64,000 nucleotides of DNA from an uncultured virus (IMG/VR IMGVR_UViG_3300018475_000122) (lineage: Duplodnaviria; Heunggongvirae; Uroviricota; Caudoviricetes): the IMG/VR virus record IMGVR_UViG_3300018475_000122. One strand, 5' to 3'. This document shows, one piece after another, positions 8,787 to 17,958 of the stretch (the first letter of the stretch is position 1; each line of letters opens with the position of its first letter). The notes under the pieces were generated by a model, which saw nothing but the letters and a program-made list of their open reading frames with translations, was not told the DNA's origin and did not search any database. The position numbers and the translations under genes are program-made.

Positions 8787-10110
8787 ATTCCACTTCCTTG
8801 AGTAGGAACTTGTGGAAGAGCTTGCCCTCGCTGTCCGGCTCGGTAGGATGCTCGGACAGGGTGAGGTAGTCTTCCACGTTGCAGTACCCGGCGTAGGTGC
8901 CTCCGGTGAGGCGTTCGATGATGAGCGGGAACTCCTCGGATGCCGGAAGCATGATGTCGCACATGGAGGGCGGCAATGCGGCCAGCACGTCGACCTCAGG
9001 CAGGCCGTAGGCCCTGCGGAGCAGTGCCGTTACCTTTTTGTTGGCCGGGACGAGGAGGCTGACTATACCGGTGAGTTCCACGGCACGAAACGCCGGCAGT
9101 ACCACGCCCGCGCCTGCGTTGATGACGGTGCAGGAAGATGGCCAGCGGCTTCCCTGCTTCGCCTGAAAGCGCGCTTCGCTGACCTGCTTGGTGAAGTGCA
9201 GGCAGTTGGCAAGCGCGAGCCTTTTTGCTTCTTCCTCGCTGGGAGGAGAATTGAGTATGCTGGTGGTGTGCACCCACCTGGTGAGCGGATCCTCGGCCGT
9301 GAGCAGAGCGAGGATGACGTTGAGGCACACGCCTTCGAAATTATGGGAGAGGCGCGGCGTCATGACCTGGTAGGTGTGGAAGAGCGAGTAGCTGAGCGTA
9401 TCCTTGACGCTGTGCATGCGCGTGACGAGCTCTTCCGGCACGGTGCCTACGTTCATGGGACGGTAGGTGAGCTGGGACAGAAGGTCGCTGTCGGACGCGG
9501 CGGCCATGAGGACGATGTCTTCCATGGGCATGGTATCGAACTCAGGGTGCGGACTGGACAGAGCTACGCAGATGGGCAGTATGATGAGCGGGCTCACTTC
9601 GGGGTAGGTGAAGGTGAGCGCCCAGTTGAAGGTGTTGAGGACAGTGCAGTACATGGACGTTCTGCCTCGGTTGCTGATGCGCCCGTTGGCAAGTTCGCTC
9701 CTGCAGTCCCTGGCCTCGGCTATGTTGCGGATGAGGGCTTCGTAGTTGCAGGCAAGGGCATCGACATCCACCCTGCGCAGGACTTTGATGGCTTCCATGC
9801 GGGCCTTGTCGGCCTGGGAGAGGATGGCCCGTACTTCTTCGGAAAGCTGGGTGAGCCTTTCGAGCAAACCGTGCTCGGTGATGGACACTTCTTCGTCAGT
9901 GACGATGCGCTGGACGAAGCGGACCAGATCCATGAACTGTTCCTGCGTGACCTGTGCCCGGTAGCGGGGAACGCCCGAGAAGTCGTGCCCCATGGGCAGG
10001 GAATGCACCCAGAAGGTAGTGAAGCCGCCGATATCGGAGATAGAGCTGTGCATCGGTGGGAGCTCTGGCATGGCGTCTCCTGCGAGGTGCTGAAACAGAC
10101 TGACGCGCAA
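8779..10110 (-). CDS. Hypothetical protein in the Ubl cassette (443 aa)
   Basis: Long ORF with GGAGG RBS, overlapping the E2-like gene; no motif recognised. Confidence 0.75.
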   Translation of the reverse strand: MRVSLFQHLAGDAMPELPPMHSSISDIGGFTTFWVHSLPMGHDFSGVPRYRAQVTQEQFMDLVRFVQRIVTDEEVSITEHGLLERLTQLSEEVRAILSQADKARMEAIKVLRRVDVDALACNYEALIRNIAEARDCRSELANGRISNRGRTSMYCTVLNTFNWALTFTYPEVSPLIILPICVALSSPHPEFDTMPMEDIVLMAAASDSDLLSQLTYRPMNVGTVPEELVTRMHSVKDTLSYSLFHTYQVMTPRLSHNFEGVCLNVILALLTAEDPLTRWVHTTSILNSPPSEEEAKRLALANCLHFTKQVSEARFQAKQGSRWPSSCTVINAGAGVVLPAFRAVELTGIVSLLVPANKKVTALLRRAYGLPEVDVLAALPPSMCDIMLPASEEFPLIIERLTGGTYAGYCNVEDYLTLSEHPTEPDSEGKLFHKFLLKEVEYV

Positions 10111-10140
10111 TCTGGCATCCTCCGTGGGTAAAAATGTATG

Positions 10141-10178
10141 GAAAAGCAGAAGCCCTGCCCCACGAAGGGAGCAGGGCC
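10141..10178 (-). terminator. Intrinsic terminator-like hairpin after the Ubl gene
   Basis: GCCCTGC...GCAGGGC stem followed on the minus strand by TTCTGCTTTT. Confidence 0.55.
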
Positions 10179-10205
10179 TCAGGACATCAGGGTAGGTAGG
10201 TTTGC

Positions 10206-10466
10206 TTACGCGGCGTCGTTCACGACGATAGCGAAGCGGAGTTCCTTCACACCGGAGGAGTAGTTGCGGGGCTTCAGCACCACGGCGTCGCCATGGACGA
10301 GCTCAGTGCTGAGGTCCGAGGTTGCCACGCCGTTGATGAGGATCTGGACCTTGCTGGGGTTCACGTTGGTGTACGTGTCGAGGAACTCGCCGATGGTGGT
10401 ACCGTTCTGGATGACGGAAGGGGCGGCTTCGGCGCTGTCGAGGGGCTGGAGAGTAATGCGAGGCAT
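10206..10466 (-). CDS. Ubiquitin-like (MoaD/ThiS beta-grasp) protein with a 14-aa C-terminal extension
   Basis: 86 aa from ATG 10466 (AGGAG RBS); VQILING...DLSTELVHGDAVVLKPRNYSSG then VKELRFAIVVNDAA. Confidence 0.75.
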   Translation of the reverse strand: MPRITLQPLDSAEAAPSVIQNGTTIGEFLDTYTNVNPSKVQILINGVATSDLSTELVHGDAVVLKPRNYSSGVKELRFAIVVNDAA

Positions 10467-10533
10467 AATGTGCACTCCTATGGTTAAATAGTTGATTCCA
10501 TTTGACATGGCTGCCTTTCAGCTTTGTCACGGT

Positions 10534-10542
10534 CTTATAACA
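10534..10542 (-). promoter_or_regulatory. TGTTATAAG putative early promoter for the Ubl operon
   Basis: Same 9-mer found upstream of minus-strand genes at nine sites. Confidence 0.65.
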
Positions 10543-10953
10543 GCGGTATGCAGGAATTTAGAAAATCGGCCTTTCCCGCTGCGTTTGAAGAAGATTGGTG
10601 GAGTGCGTTTTAAAATTCAGGGGACTGAGCGAAGATTTTTGAAAATTTCTTGGTAGATGGCTTGGCGCCCCTTCAGGCGCTGTTTTTGAAAAGCGGCCAG
10701 TACCAACGCTTTGGTGCGAAGCGTCCAGAAGCCATTTTTGAGGCCTTGTTGTGCCACAACGGTTTGGAGCGAAGTGTCCAGAAAATTTTGGCCGTTTTTG
10801 GGTTTTTGGCGATTTTTGGAAAATCGGGCGAAAAGTGGGGTGCCGGGGCCTCTAACTCCTAGTTGATTGGTAGGAATTGCCACGCGACGCGCAAAGCCGC
10901 GCCATGACTGGATTTAGGGGTGTTTTTACAAAATTGTAATTAAAAGTTGTAAT

Positions 10954-11490
10954 CTCAAAGCGTCCAGAACTACCCCGAAAAATGGCCAAAGCGTCCAGAA
11001 CTCGAAAGATTTCGTGCCCGCCAGCCCTTGCGCCCCAACGGTTTACAGAAAGCGTCCAGAACGCGCTTGTAAGTACCTGAAATCACGTACATGAACTTTG
11101 AGGCGATTTTTGCCGGGGAGAAGGCGCGTATTAGCGAGCCATGGCGGGAAGGCCTACACATGCCTGCGTTTATGCGGACGTACGGGTATGCGCTCGCGTA
11201 TATTTTATTTTTTATTTTTAATTCATTTCTTAATAGGAATTATTATTATTAATATATTACACGCACACACGCGTATAATAGGGGGTATTTTTAAACCCTT
11301 ATGTTTTCTAAAATATACGCCTTCTCCCCGGAGATTTTCCTTTCAAAGTTCATGTACATGATTTCAAGTACTTACAGAGGGTTTCTGGACGCTTCCTGAA
11401 AACCCTTGCGGCACAACGGCCCGCAGGCACGAAATCTTTCGAGTTCTGGACACTTTGACCCTTTTTGAGGGTAGTTCTGGACGCTTTGAG
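10954..11490. repeat. 148-bp imperfect inverted repeat around an AT-rich core (candidate replication origin)
   Basis: 10954-11101 vs reverse complement of 11343-11490 align without gaps, 21 mismatches by hand; each arm has three AAG(C/T)GTCCAGAA units. Confidence 0.85.
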
Positions 11491-11625
11491 TTAAAAGTTG
11501 TAATTTTTGGCCATTTTTTGACCCCTGAGGGCCATTTTTTGGGGCGTAAAAAAGAAGGCCCCCGGAAACGACACCGGGAGCCTATCTTGATTGAGTGCTC
11601 AAACAGTCTTCTACAGACCTTCGCA

Positions 11626-12510
11626 TCACCACAGGGCGTGCCGTGCGTAGAGGCGCGAGCGCTCCATGGCCTGCTTGAACGTGGGGGCCGTGGTACACAG
11701 CACCACGCTGAGCATCTTTTCGAGCACGGTGCCGTAGTCCGCTATGGAGAAGCGGCCATGCGAGCTCTGGGCCGACGCGCTGGCCAGCTTCATGAGCCCT
11801 TCCGAAGCCTTTTCCGCCTTGGTGGCGCAGAGCAGCATGGTGCCGAAGAACTCCTGCGGCTTGCACATGAAGCGGTAGGGCGCGGTCTCGATGAGGGGCG
11901 CGGTGCTTTTCGTTGTTTTGAGCGCGGCCCGCACCGGTACCATGAGCAGTTCCTCGAAGGCCGGGAACACGTCAACGAACAGCGGGTCCAGCACATCTTC
12001 GGGGTACACTTCCCTCCCCTCCAGCGTGAAGCAGAGCAGGTTGAGCAGGCATTCGATGCCGGAGATGCTTTCCACGTTGAGCATGGCGCTGTTGTGCATG
12101 ACGGACTTGGTCACCGCCGGGGGAAAGGCGGAGAGCCGTTCTTCGCTGATGGCTCTGCCCCCGATGGCCGGGATGAGCCTTGCGTTCCTGATGGCGTTGA
12201 TGAGCCGCAGGGCGACGATGCGCCGCTCGTCCCTGCTCCTGCTCCTCAGGTCGAGCCACATGGCGATGTTCACGGGCACCATGCACCAGTCGCCCTTCTG
12301 GTCGCGGCTGTGCTTGTACAGAGCGCGGGATACCTTGGGCGTGAGCTTGCCCTCCTCTTCGTGCAGGAGCTTTTTTATGCGCTCCGTGGTTTCTCTGGCC
12401 TCGGGCACGATGTCCGCGGCGAAGCGGCGCATGTCCACCTCGCTGTTCAGGTCGGTGAGCGGCACTCGCTTGAGCATGTCTTCGATAGCCTCGCGGCTGG
12501 GTTTTCTCAT
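11626..12510 (-). CDS. Hypothetical protein
   Basis: 294 aa, RBS, TGTTATAAG at 12574-12582, terminator-like hairpin near 11550-11583. Confidence 0.75.
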   Translation of the reverse strand: MRKPSREAIEDMLKRVPLTDLNSEVDMRRFAADIVPEARETTERIKKLLHEEEGKLTPKVSRALYKHSRDQKGDWCMVPVNIAMWLDLRSRSRDERRIVALRLINAIRNARLIPAIGGRAISEERLSAFPPAVTKSVMHNSAMLNVESISGIECLLNLLCFTLEGREVYPEDVLDPLFVDVFPAFEELLMVPVRAALKTTKSTAPLIETAPYRFMCKPQEFFGTMLLCATKAEKASEGLMKLASASAQSSHGRFSIADYGTVLEKMLSVVLCTTAPTFKQAMERSRLYARHALW

Positions 12511-12770
12511 CCTCTACTCCTGTTCCTGATGTCTTCCAGCTATATTGCCGGCGCTGGCGTATTTCTTCACCTCCTTATAACAGCGCATGGCCCCTTGCTC
12601 AGACCATGGCCAAGTGCCCACACCCTGTTTTTGCCGCCTCACGCCCCGCAGGAGCCACGTTTTGACAAAACGTGACCAAGGTATTGCCCAACCCACAAAA
12701 AGCCCGCAGAGGGCCTCCTGACGCGATTTATGCACCCTGCCCCATGCTGACGTACCCCTGCGGGAAGCTT

Positions 12771-12778
12771 CAATATTT
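12771..12778 (+). promoter_or_regulatory. CAATATTT putative late promoter element
   Basis: Same 8-mer precedes eight plus-strand gene blocks. Confidence 0.6.
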
Positions 12779-12807
12779 GGAAGATTTTCCTAAAGCAGGA
12801 GTTCACG

Positions 12808-13080
12808 ATGCCGAAGAGCAGAAAAGACGGGGCGAGCCTGCTTGCCCGCTACATAGACAAGATACAGAGAAACAGGACGGCGGCCGCGGCAGGCGGTGCG
12901 GCCGTGGTGGCAGGCGGCCTTTCTGCCGACCAGCTGGTGCAGGCCGTGAACAGGCTTCGCTACTACAGCAACAGGGCCGCGCACCTTTCCGGACTTGACC
13001 AGGACGTACGCTTCGAGTTCGGCGAGCCGGACTTCGTCCTTCCTGCGCCTGTGACTGAGGAGGACGAAGCCCATGGCTAA
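12808..13080 (+). CDS. Hypothetical protein
   Basis: 90 aa, AGGAG RBS, overlaps the RNAP gene start. Confidence 0.7.
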   Translation: MPKSRKDGASLLARYIDKIQRNRTAAAAGGAAVVAGGLSADQLVQAVNRLRYYSNRAAHLSGLDQDVRFEFGEPDFVLPAPVTEEDEAHG

Positions 13081-14953
13081 GACGTTTGCGCAGTACCTCA
13101 TCGATTCCGTGCTCCCCAAGGGCATGGAGATCACTAAGCAGGTGGACAAGAAGTACCTCAAGGAACTGCTCACCGAGGTGGCGAGGAAGCACGAGGATCA
13201 GTACGATTCCGTGGTCTCCGGCCTCAAGCTCCTTGGCGACCGTTTTTCCACGCTGGAGCCCGTGACCATGGGCATGGCCGAGATCTCCGTACCTGACCGC
13301 GAGAAGCGCGACGCCATCATCCGCAAGTACCAGAAGATCATGGCCAAGGAGACGGACAACCATGAACGCGTGAAGCACCTTGGCGCCCTTCAGGACGAGC
13401 TGGGCAAGCTGGACATGGACCCGAACAACAAGGACGACGCCACCGTTATGGTGCGTGCCGCCCTTGGCAAGGCAGGCCAGCTCATGAAGCTGCGTACCTC
13501 GCCGGGCGTGGTCATGGGCGGTGACGGCAAGATCATCCAGGAGATCTTCCCCAAGAGCTACGCCGAGGGCGTGGACCCCCTGCACTTCTGGCTGGGCGCT
13601 ACCGAATCGCGCAAGAACATCGCCGAAGGCCAGGTGAACACCGCCAAGCCCGGCGAAATGAACAAGGTCATGGGCAACATCCTCAGCACGGCGGTGGTGT
13701 CCCGCGAGGACTGCGGCACGAAGCAGGGCATCCTGCTCTTCGCCAGAGACGACGATGTTCAGGGCCGCTACCTTGCCCGCGACGAGGGTACGTTCACAGC
13801 CGGAACGCTCATCACGGCGGACGTGCAGCAGGATATGCTCAAGAGCGGATTGGGCAAGATACTCGTGCGTTCCCCGCAGACCTGCTCTGCCCCGGGCGGC
13901 TCTGTGTGCCAGAAGTGCATGGGCATTCGCAACGGCACGGCCAAACTGTACGAGATAGGCGACAACGCCGGACTCATCACCGCAGGCAATATCGGCGAGC
14001 CCCTGACCCAGATGGTGCTCTCTTCCAAGCACGCCGTGGCCAAGGCCCGTGAAGTCACCGTCCTTGAAGGTGAAGCGGGCTTCCGCCAGTTCATGGAAAT
14101 GCCCAAGAACTACCCCAACCGCAAAGTCCTCTGCGAAGTGGTGGGCGAAGTGTGGCGCATCCGCATGGCCCCGCAGGGCGGCAGGTTCATCACCATACGC
14201 ATGACACGCCCCGTGCCAAGCCGCTACATCGAACTGGCGCGGCCCACGGAAGGCATGAAGAACCACGTGGACTACCACATCCCGCCGAACCTCAAGGTGG
14301 CGGAAGGCATCCGCGAAGGCATGGAAGTGTACCCGGGCCTTGCCCTGTCCACCGGTGTGGACAACCTCAAGGACATCGCCCGCCTGCGCAACCTCGGCTT
14401 TGCGCGTTCCGCCTCGTCCCAGAACATGTACGACATCTACAAGCGTACGGGCCAGAAGCTGGACAGACGCCACTTCGAGCTTCTTTCCCGCGCCGCCAGC
14501 CCCTACGTGAAGCTCCTGAAAGTGCCGAACGGCTTCGGCTGGGTAAAGGGCGAAGTCATCGAGTATCAGGAACTGGTGCAGAAGGTATCGTCCATGCCTA
14601 AGCAGGTGCTGGACGTGGACAACGCCCTTGGCAAGGTGCTTGGCGAAGGCGTGCTGGACGTGTCCGTAGGTACGGAAATTGACCAGCCCACGCTGGAGTA
14701 CCTGAAGAGCCACGAGGTGAAGCAGGTGAAAGTGGTGAACGGCCTTGAAGTGGCCGCGCAGATAACCCCCATGACCCGCGTGGTGAACCAGCAGGGCGAC
14801 TGGCTCGGCGCCATGAACCACCGCTACCTGAAGACGCAGCTCAAGGACGCGGCCTCCCTTGGCAAGAAGTCGAACATCCACGGCTTCAACCCCGTTACGG
14901 CCTATGCCTACGGTACCGAGATGGGACAGGGCAAGGACGAGGGCCGCTACTGA
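13073..14953 (+). CDS. Phage RNA polymerase beta'-like subunit, C-terminal part
   Basis: SYAEG, EDCGT, VRSPQTC...VCQKCMG Zn site, IGEPLTQMVL trigger-loop region, RHFE; no DFDGD motif. Confidence 0.85.
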   Translation: MAKTFAQYLIDSVLPKGMEITKQVDKKYLKELLTEVARKHEDQYDSVVSGLKLLGDRFSTLEPVTMGMAEISVPDREKRDAIIRKYQKIMAKETDNHERVKHLGALQDELGKLDMDPNNKDDATVMVRAALGKAGQLMKLRTSPGVVMGGDGKIIQEIFPKSYAEGVDPLHFWLGATESRKNIAEGQVNTAKPGEMNKVMGNILSTAVVSREDCGTKQGILLFARDDDVQGRYLARDEGTFTAGTLITADVQQDMLKSGLGKILVRSPQTCSAPGGSVCQKCMGIRNGTAKLYEIGDNAGLITAGNIGEPLTQMVLSSKHAVAKAREVTVLEGEAGFRQFMEMPKNYPNRKVLCEVVGEVWRIRMAPQGGRFITIRMTRPVPSRYIELARPTEGMKNHVDYHIPPNLKVAEGIREGMEVYPGLALSTGVDNLKDIARLRNLGFARSASSQNMYDIYKRTGQKLDRRHFELLSRAASPYVKLLKVPNGFGWVKGEVIEYQELVQKVSSMPKQVLDVDNALGKVLGEGVLDVSVGTEIDQPTLEYLKSHEVKQVKVVNGLEVAAQITPMTRVVNQQGDWLGAMNHRYLKTQLKDAASLGKKSNIHGFNPVTAYAYGTEMGQGKDEGRY

Positions 14954-15459
14954 TGATCACGAAGACAGGCACGTGGCTGGTGAAGGTGGCTGAGGCCGAT
15001 GAAGAAGCCCTTGCAAAGCTGGTGGAAGCGCTGAGGGATAGGCAGACGCCTATGCTGACGCTCGGGACATTACACCCGAACGTGATGAAGCGTATCCGTG
15101 ACAGCGAGAGGACAGGGGGATTCAAGTATCCAGAGGTCGTGCTCAAGTCTGCCACGATTCGGCATCTTATCGACGAGAGAATTGATCGTAATGGATACTC
15201 CCCTGAATACATCGCTGAGATGTTCCGTAATGTCCTGAACAATCCGGATGCGGTATTTGACTGGTCTGTGCACCACGGACCAGACAAACCTAAGCCTGTC
15301 CTACGGTCTATGCGTTCAGGCCTGCCAGAGGATAAGTTCGACTTTATGCCGATAAACCCGTTCCAGAGACGAATAGGTGTGGTAAGCATGTACGACCCAT
15401 CCATGAGCAAATGGAACAGAGTTCTGGAATACCATCCAGAGGCCAAGGACGATATCTAA
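14953..15459 (+). CDS. Putative virion protein with MITK leader; possible BECR-type nuclease domain
   Basis: MITKTGTWLVKVA leader; IRHL..ER and VLNNPD pattern (weak). Confidence 0.5.
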   Translation: MITKTGTWLVKVAEADEEALAKLVEALRDRQTPMLTLGTLHPNVMKRIRDSERTGGFKYPEVVLKSATIRHLIDERIDRNGYSPEYIAEMFRNVLNNPDAVFDWSVHHGPDKPKPVLRSMRSGLPEDKFDFMPINPFQRRIGVVSMYDPSMSKWNRVLEYHPEAKDDI

Positions 15460-15492
15460 AAAGAAGGCCCCTGTAGAAATACGGGGGCCTTG
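15459..15492. terminator. Terminator-like hairpin between convergent genes
   Basis: AAGGCCCC...GGGGCCTT stem preceded by an A-run. Confidence 0.65.
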
Positions 15493-15495
15493 CTG

Positions 15496-16455
15496 TTACC
15501 TGTCTGCGGCGGTGCGCAGTACAGAGACTATTTCACGGAAGTTTTCACGGGAGATACGAACGTCTACTGGTACAGCAGCGTACGCACTATCGTTAGTAGG
15601 CACACCGTTGGTATGCCGTATCCTTAGCAGTACATCGGAGCCTTCGGTCCACCATTCCATAGAGTTGCTCCAGAATGTGGACAGGAATATTCTTCCGTAC
15701 GGCGCTTCTGCCATGAGCGCAGAATCGGCATCTTCCCACCATGGATGGACAGCAATGATACTGAGTACCAGCTGAGTCTCAACACCTTCTGCGAGAACGG
15801 TCATGAGGTACTGAGGGGCTGTACTATCCTTCACTACAGCAGCTGTGATGTGCGCTCGACAAAAGGACGAAGCGTCCACGTCTGGTGTCTGGCTGACAGC
15901 AGTCCCATCATCGATGGCAAGGCTGTCAAGCTCCTGCCTATCCTCATCGTCCGGTCCCCTGTCGTACCCGTACCAATCATCAGCGCTGTTCCACCCTCCA
16001 TTAGCATAGAACGAAAGGAGTACTGGGTGCAGGGCTTCGTAAAAAGCCTTCCTGTCCACGAGAAGGTCATATTTGAAATCCGGTGATCCTACCCTGTCCC
16101 TTGAATAGAAGCGAAGCTGAATATTGTTTTCACCGTGCAGCCAGCACTGCAAGAAGACATCAGGCCCTTCCTCGTCTACATACCAGGACAGATACTTTGG
16201 GTAGCCGTCGGCCAGATTGTATACGAACACATGAAGCCATTGTACTGGATCGAACACCTTCGAACAAAGCACTGCTGTTTTAAAAACTCTCGGCTCTCTG
16301 TCAGTGCGGTTCCACGGCACGACTCGGTAGTTTTCAAAGACAGCTTCTCTGATGGTGAAGTGCATATCCCAGCATCCGGCGCTTGGGGCGTCGGCCGCTA
16401 TCTCCACGATTGCTGGCATCAGCGGCGTCATAGGCGCCTTGGGTTCTTCGTACAT
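15496..16455 (-). CDS. Hypothetical protein
   Basis: ATG 16455 with AAGGAG RBS; variant motif TGGTATAAG near 16519-16527. Confidence 0.75.
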   Translation of the reverse strand: MYEEPKAPMTPLMPAIVEIAADAPSAGCWDMHFTIREAVFENYRVVPWNRTDREPRVFKTAVLCSKVFDPVQWLHVFVYNLADGYPKYLSWYVDEEGPDVFLQCWLHGENNIQLRFYSRDRVGSPDFKYDLLVDRKAFYEALHPVLLSFYANGGWNSADDWYGYDRGPDDEDRQELDSLAIDDGTAVSQTPDVDASSFCRAHITAAVVKDSTAPQYLMTVLAEGVETQLVLSIIAVHPWWEDADSALMAEAPYGRIFLSTFWSNSMEWWTEGSDVLLRIRHTNGVPTNDSAYAAVPVDVRISRENFREIVSVLRTAADR

Positions 16456-16619
16456 ACTGTTTCTCCTTCTCTTCCCCACTAATTTTAAACCGCGCCCAGT
16501 ACGCAGTCAATCCACACTCTTATACCACGCTCCTGCCTGATACGGGCAAATTTGCGGCGGCAATATCTAAGTAGTTCTCCCGAACGGGCTGAACCACATA
16601 TTGCAGGAGATAATCAGAA

Positions 16620-16931
16620 ATGATTACTAAATTAGGAAATACTCTCGTGAATCAGCCCGGACTGCTGGAACGCAATCCCGGACTCGGCATCGGGCTTGGC
16701 GCGGCGGCGGGAACGCTCGGTACGGGGCTTGGTGGTGCTTACGCCCTGAAGAAGTGGGTGCTTCCCAAGGTTTCCAAGGGCGCTTTCGGTGCGGGCATAG
16801 CCGCTGGCGCAGGTATTCTCGGCGCCGGTATGGCGGCGAAGAAGTTTGCCCCTCAGCTCATTGAGCAGTTCAGGACGTACGCCCCCACTATCGCCCAGTA
16901 CCTTGGTAATTTAGGAAAGGCGGCCGTATGA
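16620..16931 (+). CDS. Glycine-zipper putative virion/ejection protein
   Basis: MITKLG leader; two GxxxG-rich hydrophobic helices. Confidence 0.7.
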   Translation: MITKLGNTLVNQPGLLERNPGLGIGLGAAAGTLGTGLGGAYALKKWVLPKVSKGAFGAGIAAGAGILGAGMAAKKFAPQLIEQFRTYAPTIAQYLGNLGKAAV

Positions 16932-17956
16932 TAAGCAAATCCGCTCTCGACATCGCCGCCCTGCTCCGCTCCATGCGCGGCAAGGCCGCAAAGCCCTCTG
17001 CGCCGTCGCTGGATGCGTACTACCGCAAGGTGCTCAGCACGGCAGACCCTCAGTACGCCAAGCGCCTCGGGGTACTGCTTAACGACAAGCTCACCAGCGT
17101 GACCAAGACCGCCGAGCTCGACAGCTCCGTGGCTCTGCCAGCCTCCGCCGCCCTGCTGGGCGCTTCCGCTGTGGCTGGCGGCGTTCCGCTGGCGAAGTAC
17201 CTGATGGAGTCTGCACCCTACCACGGCAAAGCACTCGATACGGTGTACAAAGAAGGCGTAAAGCGCCTGCGCTGGAAGGCTTTGATGGCCATGCCTCACG
17301 TACTCAAGTACCTGAACAAGCATAATATTCTCAGAAAGACAGCGTCGGACAGCGAAGACCTTGCCGCTCTCGCCGGTATTGCCGGTGCTACCGGACTCGG
17401 TGCTGGCGCCATGCTTGCCGCAGGTTCCAAGGCCCGTGATGGTTCAAGGCTTCTGAAGAACGTGCAGAAGGGCACGGGCATAGCTCTCGCTCTTCCAGCC
17501 CTGTATTACGCGGCCAAGCGCCTGTATGCCAACAAAGACAACGCCAGACTGCTGTTCAACAATACCGTGGATGCTGTGAAAGCCAAGATGGGCAAGACCG
17601 CAGAAGAGATCGACTTTGCTCCGTATGCGGTCACAGGCGGCGCAGGTCTGGCTGGTGCCGCGGCTGGGGCGTACCCTGTTGCCAGACTCATGGACAAGCG
17701 CATTCGCAGAGACGCTGTGGAAGCCGCTATCATCGATGTGCTTACCGGCAACGCCCACAACAACACGCCTAAGGCTATGAAGTACGGTACTCGCGCCCTT
17801 GGTGCTCTCGGTCTCGGACTCGGTGGTTACGGTGCCTATCAGACTATGGGCAAGCCTCTCATCAATCTGTACCGGCAGCTGGCTCCCCACATGAAGGGTG
17901 TACCCAAGAAGGAGCTGCTCCGCACTTTCCTCAATGCCGCAAGAGGAGCTAAGTAG
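16928..17956 (+). CDS. Glycine-zipper putative virion protein with KTA-delimited modules
   Basis: MISKSA leader; KTAE, KTAS and KTAE each precede a Gly/Ala hydrophobic helix. Confidence 0.75.
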   Translation: MISKSALDIAALLRSMRGKAAKPSAPSLDAYYRKVLSTADPQYAKRLGVLLNDKLTSVTKTAELDSSVALPASAALLGASAVAGGVPLAKYLMESAPYHGKALDTVYKEGVKRLRWKALMAMPHVLKYLNKHNILRKTASDSEDLAALAGIAGATGLGAGAMLAAGSKARDGSRLLKNVQKGTGIALALPALYYAAKRLYANKDNARLLFNNTVDAVKAKMGKTAEEIDFAPYAVTGGAGLAGAAAGAYPVARLMDKRIRRDAVEAAIIDVLTGNAHNNTPKAMKYGTRALGALGLGLGGYGAYQTMGKPLINLYRQLAPHMKGVPKKELLRTFLNAARGAK

Positions 17957-17958
17957 CC

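Noticed and set aside
4625..10131. Long plus-strand ORFs (4625..6532, 6517..7860, 7770..8801, 8812..10131)
   Set aside because: Antisense shadows of the motif-bearing minus-strand genes, expected with high GC3; no recognisable motifs.
4544..10466. Thiamine/molybdopterin (ThiF-ThiS, MoeB-MoaD) biosynthesis reading
   Set aside because: No ThiG, MoaE or rhodanese genes in the window; an E2-like motif and JAB favour conjugation. Not fully excluded.
10719..11490. CRISPR array or transposon ends
   Set aside because: Repeats are 12 bp, irregularly spaced and in both orientations; no cas or transposase gene.
12803..14881. 692-aa minus-strand ORF
   Set aside because: Shadow of the RNAP subunit gene.
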